DNA from: Nemertoderma westbladi
Taxonomy: Eukaryota; Animalia; Xenacoelomorpha
Length of the DNA stretch: 64,000 bases
Assembly: GCA_032718475.1 (NCBI GenBank)
Contig: JAUCBJ010009100.1
Coordinates: 97,724-161,723 of the forward strand
Direction: 5' to 3'
In this document: piece by piece, positions 35,010 through 48,200 of the stretch
Numbering within the stretch: position 1 is the stretch's first letter
Layout: each line of letters starts with the position of its first letter
Position numbers and translations under genes: made by a program
The notes under the pieces: generated by a model
The model's input: the letters and a program-made list of their open reading frames with translations, nothing else
Databases searched by the model: none
What the model was told of the DNA's origin: nothing

Positions 35010-35476
35010 GGAAGCAGGACAATTCGGTCCCGGACAATTCGGTCCCGGACAATTCGGTCCGATTTATTTAGTGTTTTGGAACCGAATTGTCCGGGACCGA
35101 ATTGTCCGGGACCGAATTGTCCGGGACCGAATTGTCCGGACCGAATTGTCCGGACCGAATTGTCCGGACCGAATTATCCGGGACCGAATTGTCCGGACCG
35201 AATTGTCCGGACCGAATTGTCCGGACCGAATTGTCCGGGACCGAATTGTCCGGGACCGAATTGTCCGGGACCGAATTGTCCGGACCGAATTGTCCGGACC
35301 GAATTGTCCGGACCGAATTGTCCGGGACCGAATTGTCCGGGACCGAATTGTCCGGGACCGAATTGTCCGGGACCGAATTGTCCGGGACCGAATTGTCCGG
35401 ACCGAATTGTCCGGACCGAATTGTCCGGACCGAATTGTCCGGACCGAATTGTCCGGGACCGAATTGTCCTACATCC
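35010..35476. mobile_element. Mutator/Foldback-like MITE with TIRs built from 14/15-bp subrepeats
   Basis: Termini GGAAGCAGGACAATTCGG / CCGAATTGTCCTACATCC. 9-bp TSD ACTTAATCC / ACTTAATTC (1 mismatch). Three GGACAATTCGGTCC(C) units on the left face ~27 inverted units on the right. Confidence 0.8.
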
Positions 35477-36229
35477 ACTTAATTCTACTTTAAGTATTAT
35501 ACTGTTACTTACTTACCGGTACAATTATTGTGCTCTCTATAGATTCTCATTACTTTATGCTGTTCCCAGCTTGCTGGTGTACGAAATAAACGAAATAAGT
35601 AGTAGTGGCATTGTAATAAAGTATAACTTTACAAAATACTATAGGAACACTAACACCATTATTGTGACGTCACCAAATAAATTAACTAGACCTGCACCAC
35701 AAATTACGTAAATAGGATTGCAACACGCAGAATAACATCTCGATATCAACAACAACGTAGTCCGTTACGATGTTTAGTTCGCATCTACTGACCCTAGATT
35801 GCGTGACGTCACTGTTGTTCAGCGGGATCACCGCCACTTGTGATGTCACTGCGACGATGACCGCCACGCAAACTCTCCACGATGAATTCCAGTCGGTTTA
35901 TCTGTTCCTCGACTATCTGCATCCCTCCGTCGTCGATTCGCTCCATGAAGTGCTTATTGAGTCGCGATCTCGTTTCAGCGAGAACCCTGTTCAGTCGCTG
36001 TTGCTTGGCAACGCAATCTCGGATATAGACCTCCAAGAAATCACGTTCGGTTTTTTGCTCTAAAACATAATATTATAATTAATTTAATTATTAAACACAA
36101 TGTTTTAGGGTTCGTCACAGGGATAGATTAACATTATATATAATTAATCGATCTATATAGCTGACTGCTGTCAGCTGATCACTCTTCGCATGCAACATTC
36201 AATTCATTATCTGGATTTATATTTATATA

Positions 36230-38635
36230 TATTATTATTCCAAGCCGCAAGGGCCCATAGTAAAAGCGAAATAGCACAACACGAAATATTAGATACTAAT
36301 TATATTACATACACATACAGTACAGTATAAACACCGAACAATCTGCTACAAAAACTACTTAGGGGGCCCATGTACGCAGGGGATTCAATCTGAAAATGTA
36401 TACAGACGGCACCTAAAATAATGTTATGTGATTGTCGTATTCTATTTAACAGGCTCTCGGTAGACCGGTAAGCTCTTGGTAGACCGGTAGGCTCTCGGTA
36501 GACCGGTAAGCTCTCGGTAGACGGGTAGGCTCTCGGTAGACCGGTAGGCTCTCGGTAGACCGGTAAGCTCTCGGTAGACCGGTAAGCTCTCGGTAGACTG
36601 GTAAGCTCTCGGTAGACCGGTAAGCTCTCGGTAGACCGGTAAGCTCTCGGTAGACCGGTAAGCTCTCGGTAGACCGGTAAGCTCTCGGTAGACCGGTAGG
36701 CTCTCGGTAGACCGGTAAGCTCTCGGTAGACCGGTAAGCTCTTGGTAGACCGGTAGGCTCTCGGTAGACCGGTAAGCTCTCGGTAGACGGGTAGGCTCTC
36801 GGTAGACCGGTAGGCTCTCGGTAGACCGGTAAGCTCTCGGTAGACCGGTAAGCTCTCGGTAGACTGGTAAGCTCTCGGTAGACCGGTAAGCTCTCGGTAG
36901 ACCGGTAAGCTCTCGGTAGACCGGTAAGCTCTCGGTAGACCGGTAAGCTCTCGGTAGACTGGTAAGCTCTCGGTAGACCGGTAAGCTCTCGGTAGACCGG
37001 TAGGCTCTCGGTAGACCGGTAAGCTCTCGGTAGACCAGTAGGCTCTCGGTAGACCGGTAAGCTCTCGGTAGACCGGTAGGCTCTCGGTAGACCGGTAAGC
37101 TCTCGGTAGACCGGTAGGCTCTCGGTAGACCGGTAAGCTCTCGGTAGACCGGTAGGCTCTCGGTAGACCGGTAAGCTCTCGGTAGACCGGTAAGCTCTCG
37201 GTAGACCGGTAAGCTCTCGGTAGACCGGTAGGCTCTCGGTAGACCGGTAGGCTCTCGGTAGACCGGTAGGCTCTCGGTAGACCGGTAAGCTCTCGGTAGA
37301 CCGGTAAGCTCTCGGTAGACCGGTAAGCTCTCGGTAGACCGGTAGGCTCTCGGTAGACCTGTAAGCTCTCGGTAGACCGGTAAGCTCTCGGTAGACCGGT
37401 AAGCTCTCGGTAGACCGGTAGGCTCTCGGTAGACCGGTAGGCTCTCGGTAGACCGGTAAGCTCTCGGTAGACCGGTAGGTTCTCGGTAGACTGGTAAGCT
37501 CTCGGTAGACCGGTAAGCTCTCGGTAGACCGGTAAGCTCTCGGTAGACCGGTAGGCTCTCGGTAGACCGGTAGGCTCTCGGTAGACCGGTAAGCTCTCGG
37601 TAGACCGGTAAGCTCTCGGTAGACCAGTAGGCTCTCGGTAGACCGGTAAGCTCTCGGTAGACCGGTAAGCTCTCGGTAGACCGGTAAGCTCTCGGTAGAC
37701 TGGTAAGCTCTCGGTAGACCGGTAAGCTCTCGGTAGACCGGTAAGCTCTCGGTAGACCGGTAAGCTCTCGGTAGACCAGTAGGCTCTCGGTAGACCGGTA
37801 AGGTCTCGGTAGACCGGTAAGCTCTCGGTAGACCAGTAAGCTCTCGGTAGACCGGTAGGCTCTCGGTAGACCGGTAAGCTCTCGGTAGACCGGTAGGTTC
37901 TCGGTAGACCGGTAAGCTCTCGGTAGACCAGTAAGCTCTCGGTAGACCGGTAAGCTCTCGGTAGACCAGTAGGCTCTCGGTAGACCGGTAAGCTCTCGGT
38001 AGACCGGTAAGCTCTCGGTAGACCGGTAAGCTCTCGGTAGACTGGTAAGCTCTCGGTAGACCGGTAAGCTCTCGGTAGACCGGTAAGCTCTCGGTAGACC
38101 GGTAAGCTCTCGGTAGACCGGTAGGCTCTCGGTAGACCGGTAAGCTCTCGGTAGACCGGTAAGCTCTCGGTAGACCAGCAAGCTCTCGGTAGACCGGTAG
38201 GCTCTCGGTAGACCGGTAGGCTCTCGGTAGACCGGTAGGCTCTCGGTAGACCGGTAAGCTCTCGGTAGACCGGTAAGCTCTCGGTAGACCGGTAGGCTCT
38301 AGGTAGACCGGTAAGCTCTCGGTAGACCGGTAGGCTCTCGGTAGACCGGTAGGCTCTCGGTAGACCGGCAAGCAATGTGACAAAACATTGGCACTCCAAG
38401 GTTACCAAACGAAAGCGACATGCAGTAGGTTCTTCCTCGGTTAAATAGAAGCCGTGCACAATTATTGTACGCAACCCTAATATTATCGTAGAATAATTAT
38501 TACTTGCCAAGAGGCTGATACAGTATATTGGTGTACAGTATGCACGAAAGTGTGAAATTTTAACTTGGACAGATACATGATAAAACTTTCTAGCTAGAAT
38601 GTTACCTCTAGCGTAAAGTTGTTGCAGTATATTGG
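36230..38635 (-). mobile_element. 3' fragment of a third LINE (Proto2-like C-terminus plus 3' UTR)
   Basis: QQLYARGNILARKF..VKISHFRAYCTPIY, then after a frameshift RVAYNNCARLLF...ACRSTESL|LNRIRQSHNIIL. 3' end TATGGGCC...GGAATAATAAT. Confidence 0.7.
36450..38372. repeat. 19-bp tandem array (~100 copies) derived from LINE 3 coding sequence
   Basis: Unit CTCTCGGTAGACCGGTA(A/G)G, which reads RSTESL on the minus strand and is continuous with both flanks. Confidence 0.95.
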
Positions 38636-39262
38636 TTATTGCTAAGAATATTCTTAAAATCCCCAATAGCGGTATAGAGTTGGGAACCATCCCACCCTTA
38701 CTGGCGTTAAAGATGCGATGAAATATACCACGAACTACACCGCGTTTGTAAGACTCAGGGGCACACGCAGTGGTATTGGGAACGAGCCCAGTATCTGTAG
38801 GCTTGCGGTACCAAGTTGTTTAAAGAGCATAGTCAACCCGAGTGACAACCAAATCAAGAATGGACAAGCGGCCATCTTCCTCCATCTCAAGGGTTCGTTG
38901 GGCTCAAGCTTTTTTTACACTGCTTGGTCCTTGGATACCTAAGCCTATAGGTAAGGTTTATTACTTTATTTGCTTGAATAATTAAATACATATTATTTGA
39001 CATGACAAAAACTACGATATGAGGGTTTGCGACGCTAGAACTAACCTCGAGAATGTATGTAATAGGACTCCATGACAACGTCGAGACCTGGCCAATCGTA
39101 GCTTCTGATTGGTTGATGTCGCTGATCATGTAATCGTCCATCTTCAATAAAATAAACCAATAAAATCGTTAGTGTTACTTCTTAAATTTCCAATAAATAT
39201 ATTCTAGAATATGCAATAATAATTATGATGGAAAATAAAGGGGTTCAGTCGCTTTTCGACCA

Positions 39263-42200
39263 CTAATCATAATGTTTCTACTCACCTGTTTCGACCAATC
39301 ACAATGTTTCTACTCACCTATTTCGACCAATCACAATGTTTCTACTCACCTGTTTCGACCAATCACAATGTTTCTACTCACCTGTTTCGACCAATCACAA
39401 TGTTTCTACTCACCTGTTTTGACTAATCACAATGTTTCTACCACCTGTTTCGACCAATCACAATGTTTCTACTCACCTATTTCGACCAATCACAATGTTT
39501 CTACTCACCTGTTTCGACCAATCACAATGTTTCTACTCACCTGTTTTGACCAATCACAATGTTTCTACTCACCTGTTTCGACCAATCGCAATGTTTCTAC
39601 TCACCTGTTTCGACCAATCACAATGTTTCTACTCACCTGTTTTGACCAATCACAATGTTTCTACTCACCTGTTTCGACCAATCACAATGTTTCTACTCAC
39701 CTGTTTTGACCAATCACAATGTTTCTACTCACCTGTTTCGACCAATCACAATGTTTCAACTCACCTGTTTCGTCCAATCACAATGTTTCTACTCACATGT
39801 TTCGACCAATCACAATGTTTCTACTCACCTGTTTCGACCAATCACAATGTTTCTACTCACCTGTTTCGACCAATCACAATGTTTCTACTCACCTGTTTCG
39901 ACCAATCACAATGTTTCTACTCACCTGTTTCGACCAATCACAATGTTTCAACTCACCTGTTTCGTCCAATCACAATGTTTCTACTCACATGTTTCGACCA
40001 ATCACAATGTTTCTACTCACCTGTTTCGACCAATCACAATGTTTCTACTCACCTGTTTCGACCAATCACAATGTTTCTACTCACCTGTTTTGACCAATCA
40101 CAATGTTTCTACTCACCTGTTTCGACCAATCACAATGTTTCTACTCACCTGTTTCGACCAATCACAATGTTTCTACTCACATGTTTTGACCAATCACAAT
40201 GTTTCAACTCACCTGTTTCGTCCAATCACAATGTTTCTACTCACATGTTTCGACCAATCACAATCTTTCTACTCACCTGTTTTGACCAATCACAATGTTT
40301 CTACTCACCTGTTTCGACCAATCACAATGTTTCTACTCACATGTTTTGACCAATCACAATGTTTCAACTCACCTGTTTCGTCCAATCACAATGTTTCTAC
40401 TCACATGTTTCGACCAATCACAATGTTTCTACTCACCTGTTTTGACCAATCACAATGTTTCAACTCACCTGTTTCGTCCAATCACAATGTTTCTACTCAC
40501 ATGTTTCGACCAATCACAATGTTTCAACTCACCTGTTTCGTCCAATCACAATGTTTCTACTCACATGTTTCGACCAATCACAATGTTTCTACTCACCTGT
40601 TTCGACCAATCACAATGTTTCCACTCACCTGTTTCGACCAATCACAATGTTTCTACTCACCTGTTTTGACCAATCACAATGTTTCTACTCACCTGTTTCG
40701 ACCAATCACAATGTTTCTACTCACCTGTTTCGACCAATCACAATGTTTCTACTCACATGTTTTGACCAATCACAATGTTTCAACTCACCTGTTTCGTCCA
40801 ATCACAATGTTTCTACTCACATGTTTCGACCAATCACAATGTTTCTACTCACCTGTTTTGACCAATCACAATGTTTCTACTCACCTGTTTCGACCAATCA
40901 CAATGTTTCTACTCACATGTTTTGACCAATCACAATGTTTCAACTCACCTGTTTCGTCCAATCACAATGTTTCTACTCACATGTTTCGACCAATCACAAT
41001 GTTTCTACTCACCTGTTTTGACCAATCACAATGTTTCAACTCACCTGTTTCGTCCAATCACAATGTTTCTACTCACATGTTTCGACCAATCACAATGTTT
41101 CAACTCACCTGTTTCGTCCAATCACAATGTTTCTACTCACATGTTTCGACCAATCACAATGTTTCTACTCACCTGTTTCGACCAATCACAATGTTTCTAC
41201 TCACCTGTTTCGACCAATCACAATGTTTCTACTCACATGTTTCGACCCATCACAATGTTTCTACTCACCTGTTTCGACCAATCACAATGTTTCTACTCAC
41301 CTGTTTCGACCAATCACAATGTTTCTACTCACCTGTTTCGACCAATCACAATGTTTCTACTCACCTATTTCGACCAATCACAATGTTTCTACTCACCTGT
41401 TTCGACCAATCACAATGTTTCTACTCACCTATTTCGACCAATCACAATGTTTCTACTCACCTGTTTCGACCAATCACAATGTTTCTACTCACCTGTTTCG
41501 ACCAATCACAATGTTTCTACTCACCTGTTTCGACCAATCACAATGTTTCTACCAACCTGTTTCGACCAATCACAATGTTTCTACTCACCTGTTTCGACCA
41601 ATCACAATGTTTCTACTCACCTGTTTCGACCAATCACAATGTTTCTACTCACCTGTTTCGACCAATCACAATGTTTCTACTCACCTGTTTTGACCAATCA
41701 CAATGTTTCAACTCACCTGTTTCGTCCAATCACAATGTTTCTACTCACATGTTTCGACCAATCACAATGTTTCTACTCACCTGTTTTGACCAATCACAAT
41801 GTTTCTACTCACCTGTTTCGACCAATCACAATGTTTCTACTCACATGTTTTGACCAATCACAATGTTTCAACTCACCTGTTTCGTCCAATCACAATGTTT
41901 CTACTCACATGTTTCGACCAATCACAATGTTTCTACTCACCTGTTTTGACCAATCACAATGTTTCAACTCACCTGTTTCGTCCAATCACAATGTTTCTAC
42001 TCACATGTTTCGACCAATCACAATGTTTCAACTCACCTGTTTCGTCCAATCACAATGTTTCTACTCACATGTTTCGACCAATCACAATGTTTCAACTCAC
42101 CTGTTTCGTCCAATCACAATGTTTCTACTCACATGTTTCGACCAATCACAATGTTTCTACTCACCTGTTTTGACCAAACACAATGTTTCAACTCACCTGT

Positions 42201-45200
42201 TTCGTCCAATCACAATGTTTCTACTCACATGTTTCGACCAATCACAATGTTTCAACTCACCTGTTTCGTCCAATCACAATGTTTCTACTCACATGTTTCG
42301 ACCAATCACAATGTTTCTACTCACCTGTTTCGACCAATCACAATGTTTCTACTCACCTGTTTCGACCAATCACAATGTTTCTACTCACATGTTTCGACCC
42401 ATCACAATGTTTCTACTCACCTGTTTCGACCAATCACAATGTTTCTACTCACCTGTTTCGACCAATCACAATGTTTCTACTCACCTGTTTCGACCAATCA
42501 CAATGTTTCTACTCACCTGTTTCGACCAATCACAATGTTTCTACTCACCTGTATCGACCAATCACAATGTTTCTACTCACCTATTTCGACCAATCACAAT
42601 GTTTCTACTCACCTGTTTCGACCAATCACAATGTTTCTACTCACCTATTTCGACCAATCACAATGTTTCTACTCACCTGTTTCGACCAATCACAATGTTT
42701 CTACTCACCTGTTTCGACCAATCACAATGTTTCTACTCACCTGTTTCGACCAATCACAATGTTTCTACTCACCTGTTTCGACCAATCACAATGTTTCTAC
42801 TCACCTGTTTCGACCAATCACAATGTTTCTACTCACCTGTTTCGACCAATCACAATGTTTCTACTCACCTGTTTCGACCAATCACAATGTTTCTACTCAC
42901 CTGTTTTGACCAATCACAATGTTTCTACTCACCTGTTTCGACCAATCGCAATGTTTCTACTCACCTATTTCGACCAATCACAATGTTTCTACTCACCTGT
43001 TTCGACCAATCACAATGTTTCTACTCACCTGTTTTGACCAATCACAATGTTTCTACTCACCTGTTTCGACCAATCACAATGTTTCAACTCACCTGTTTCG
43101 TCCAATCACAATGTTTCTACTCACATGTTTCGACCAATCACAATGTTTCTACTCACCGGTTTCGACCAATCACAATGTTTCTACTCACCTGTTTCGACCA
43201 ATCACAATGTTTCTACTCACCTGTTTCGACCAATCACAATGTTTCTACTCACCTGTTTCGACCAATCACAATGTTTCTACTCACCTGTTTCGACCAATCA
43301 CAATGTTTCAACTCACCTGTTTCGTCCAATCACAATGTTTCTACTCACATGTTTCGACCAATCACAATGTTTCTACTCACCTGTTTCGACCAATCACAAT
43401 GTTTCTACTCACCTGTTTCGACCAATCACAATGTTTCTACTCACCTGTTTTGACCAATCACAATGTTTCTACTCACCTGTTTCGACCAATCACAATGTTT
43501 CTACTCACCTGTTTCGACCAATCACAATGTTTCTACTCACATGTTTTGACCAATCACAATGTTTCAACTCACCTGTTTCGTCCAATCACAATGTTTCTAC
43601 TCACATGTTTCGACCAATCACAATGTTTCTACTCACCTGTTTTGACCAATCACAATGTTTCTACTCACCTGTTTCGACCAATCACAATGTTTCTACTCAC
43701 ATGTTTTGACCAATCACAATGTTTCAACTCACCTGTTTCGTCCAATCACAATGTTTCTACTCACATGTTTCGACCAATCACAATGTTTCTACTCACCTGT
43801 TTTGACCAATCACAATGTTTCAACTCACCTGTTTCGTCCAATCACAATGTTTCTACTCACATGTTTCGACCAATCACAATGTTTCAACTCACCTGTTTCG
43901 TCCAATCACAATGTTTCTACTCACATGTTTCGACCAATCACAATGTTTCTACTCACCTGTTTCGACCAATCACAATGTTTCTACTCACCTGTTTCGACCA
44001 ATCACAATGTTTCTACTCACCTGTTTTGACCAATCACAATGTTTCTACTCACCTGTTTCGACCAATCACAATGTTTCTACTCACCTGTTTCGACCAATCA
44101 CAATGTTTCTACTCACATGTTTTGACCAATCACAATGTTTCAACTCACCTGTTTCGTCCAATCACAATGTTTCTACTCACATGTTTCGACCAATCACAAT
44201 GTTTCTACTCACCTGTTTTGACCAATCACAATGTTTCTACTCACCTGTTTCGACCAATCACAATGTTTCTACTCACATGTTTTGACCAATCACAATGTTT
44301 CAACTCACCTGTTTCGTCCAATCACAATGTTTCTACTCACATGTTTCGACCAATCACAATGTTTCTACTCACCTGTTTTGACCAATCACAATGTTTCAAC
44401 TCACCTGTTTCGTCCAATCACAATGTTTCTACTCACATGTTTCGACCAATCACAATGTTTCAACTCACCTGTTTCGTCCAATCACAATGTTTCTACTCAC
44501 ATGTTTCGACCAATCACAATGTTTCAACTCACCTGTTTCGTCCAATCACAATGTTTCTACTCACATGTTTCGACCAATCACAATGTTTCTACTCACCTGT
44601 TTTGACCAATCACAATGTTTCAACTCACCTGTTTCGTCCAATCACAATGTTTCTACTCACATGTTTCGACCAATCACAATGTTTCAACTCACCTGTTTCG
44701 TCCAATCACAATGTTTCTACTCACATGTTTCGACCAATCACAATGTTTCTACTCACCTGTTTCGACCAATCACAATGTTTCTACTCACCTGTTTCGACCA
44801 ATCACAATGTTTCTACTCACATGTTTCGACCCATCACAATGTTTCTACTCACCTGTTTCGACCAATCACAATGTTTCTACTCACCTGTTTCGACCAATCA
44901 CAATGTTTCTACTCACCTGTTTCGACCAATCACAATGTTTCTACTCACCTGTTTCGACCAATCACAATGTTTCTACTCACCTGTTTCGACCAATCACAAT
45001 GTTTCTACTCACCTGTTTCGACCAATCACAATGTTTCAACTCACCTGTTTCGACCAATCACAATGTTTCTACTCACCTGTTTCGACCAATCACAATGTTT
45101 CTACTCACCTATTTCGACCAATCACAATGTTTCTACTCACCTATTTCGACCAATCACAATGTTTCTACTCACCTATTTCGACCAATCACAATGTTTCTAC

Positions 45201-48200
45201 TCACATGTTTCGACCAATCACAATGTTTCTACTCACCTGTTTCGACCAATCACAATGTTTCTACTCACCTGTTTCGACCAATCACAATGTTTCTACTCAC
45301 CTGTTTCGACCAATCACAATGTTTCAACTCACCTGTTTCGACCAATCACAATGTTTCTACTCACCTATTTCGACCAATCACAATGTTTCTACTCACCTGT
45401 TTCGACTAATCACAATGTTTCTACTCACCTGTTTCGACCAATCACAATGTTTCAACTCACCTGTTTCGACCAATCACAATGTTTCTACTCACCTGTTTCG
45501 ACCAATCACAATGTTTCTACTCACCTGTTTCGACCAATCACAATGTTTCTACTCACCTGTTTCGACCAATCACAATGTTTCTACTCACCTGTTTCGACCA
45601 ATCACAATGTTTCTACTCACCTATTTCGACCAATCACAATGTTTCTACTCACCTGTTTCGACTAATCACAATGTTTCTACTCACATGTTTCGACCCATCA
45701 CAATGTTTCTACTCACCTGTTTCGACCAATCACAATGTTTCTACTCACCTGTTTCGACCAATCACAATGTTTCTACTCACCTGTTTCGACCAATCACAAT
45801 GTTTCTACTCACCTGTTTCGACCAATCACAATGTTTCTACTCACCTGTTTCGACCAATCACAATGTTTCTACTCACCTGTTTCGACCAATCACAATGTTT
45901 CAACTCACCTGTTTCGACCAATCACAATGTTTCTACTCACCTATTTCGACCAATCACAATGTTTCTACTCACCTGTTTCGACTAATCACAATGTTTCTAC
46001 TCACCTGTTTCGACCAATCACAATGTTTCAACTCACCTGTTTCGACCAATCACAATGTTTCTACTCACCTGTTTCGACCAATCACAATGTTTCAACTCAC
46101 CTGTTTCGACCAATCACAATGTTTCAACTCACCTGTTTCGTCCAATCACAATGTTTCTACTCACATGTTTCGACCAATCACAATGTTTCTACTCACCTGT
46201 TTTGACCAATCACAATGTTTCAACTCACCTGTTTCGTCCAATCACAATGTTTCTACTCACATGTTTCGACCAATCACAATGTTTCAACTCACCTGTTTCG
46301 TCCAATCACAATGTTTCTACTCACATGTTTCGACCAATCACAATGTTTCAACTCACCTGTTTCGTCCAATCACAATGTTTCTACTCACATGTTTCGACCA
46401 ATCACAATGTTTCTACTCACCTGTTTTGACCAAACACAATGTTTCAACTCACCTGTTTCGTCCAATCACAATGTTTCTACTCACATGTTTCGACCAATCA
46501 CAATGTTTCAACTCACCTGTTTCGTCCAATCACAATGTTTCTACTCACATGTTTCGACCAATCACAATGTTTCTACTCACCTGTTTCGACCAATCACAAT
46601 GTTTCTACTCACCTGTTTCGACCAATCACAATGTTTCTACTCACATGTTTCGACCCATCACAATGTTTCTACTCACCTGTTTCGACCAATCACAATGTTT
46701 CTACTCACCTGTTTCGACCAATCACAATGTTTCTACTCACCTGTTTCGACCAATCACAATGTTTCTACTCACCTGTTTCGACCAATCACAATGTTTCTAC
46801 TCACCTGTATCGACCAATCACAATGTTTCTACTCACCTATTTCGACCAATCACAATGTTTCTACTCACCTGTTTCGACCAATCACAATGTTTCTACTCAC
46901 CTATTTCGACCAATCACAATGTTTCTACTCACCTGTTTCGACCAATCACAATGTTTCTACTCACCTGTTTCGACCAATCACAATGTTTCTACTCACCTGT
47001 TTCGACCAATCACAATGTTTCTACTCACCTGTTTCGACCAATCACAATGTTTCTACTCACCTGTTTCGACCAATCACAATGTTTCTACTCACCTGTTTCG
47101 ACCAATCACAATGTTTCTACTCACCTGTTTCGACCAATCACAATGTTTCTACTCACCTGTTTTGACCAATCACAATGTTTCTACTCACCTGTTTCGACCA
47201 ATCGCAATGTTTCTACTCACCTATTTCGACCAATCACAATGTTTCTACTCACCTGTTTCGACCAATCACAATGTTTCTACTCACCTGTTTTGACCAATCA
47301 CAATGTTTCTACTCACCTGTTTCGACCAATCACAATGTTTCAACTCACCTGTTTCGTCCAATCACAATGTTTCTACTCACATGTTTCGACCAATCACAAT
47401 GTTTCTACTCACCGGTTTCGACCAATCACAATGTTTCTACTCACCTGTTTCGACCAATCACAATGTTTCTACTCACCTGTTTCGACCAATCACAATGTTT
47501 CTACTCACCTGTTTCGACCAATCACAATGTTTCTACTCACCTGTTTCGACCAATCACAATGTTTCAACTCACCTGTTTCGTCCAATCACAATGTTTCTAC
47601 TCACATGTTTCGACCAATCACAATGTTTCTACTCACCTGTTTCGACCAATCACAATGTTTCTACTCACCTGTTTCGACCAATCATAATGTTTCTACTCAC
47701 CTGTTTTGACCAATCACAATGTTTCTACTCACCTGTTTCGACCAATCACAATGTTTCTACTCACCTGTTTCGACCAATCACAATGTTTCTACTCACATGT
47801 TTTGACCAATCACAATGTTTCAACTCACCTGTTTCGTCCAATCACAATGTTTCTACTCACATGTTTCGACCAATCACAATGTTTCTACTCACCTGTTTCG
47901 ACCAATCACAATGTTTCAACTCACCTGTTTCGACCAATCACAATGTTTCTACTCACATGTTTCGACCAATCACAATGTTTCTACTCACCTGTTTCGACCA
48001 ATCACAATGTTTCTACTCACCTGTTTCGACCAATCACAATGTTTCTACTCACCTGTTTTGACCAATCACAATGTTTCTACTCACCTGTTTTGACCAATCA
48101 CAATGTTTCTACTCACCTGTTTCGACCAATCACAATGTTTCTACTCACATGTTTTGACCAATCACAATGTTTCAACTCACCTGTTTCGTCCAATCACAAT

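Larger units (their letters stand above)
26640..35600 (+). mobile_element. Decayed non-LTR retrotransposon (APE-RT; Proto2/RTEX-like), 5' part missing
   Basis: Endonuclease end STIDHFVVS...LSNHSPI right at the LTR junction. RT motifs IPIIKNK, NYRAIA, QFGY, LDFTKAFD, GVRQG, LAYADN, HLG. 3' GAAATAAACGAAATAA at ~35583-35598. Confidence 0.88.

Noticed and set aside
35682-36063. Short ORFs in a GC-richer patch
   Set aside because: No recognisable motifs or boundaries; cannot be assigned.
36300-38690. 579-796 aa RSTESL-repeat ORFs
   Set aside because: Translation of the 19-bp array; only the flanks are real LINE remnants.
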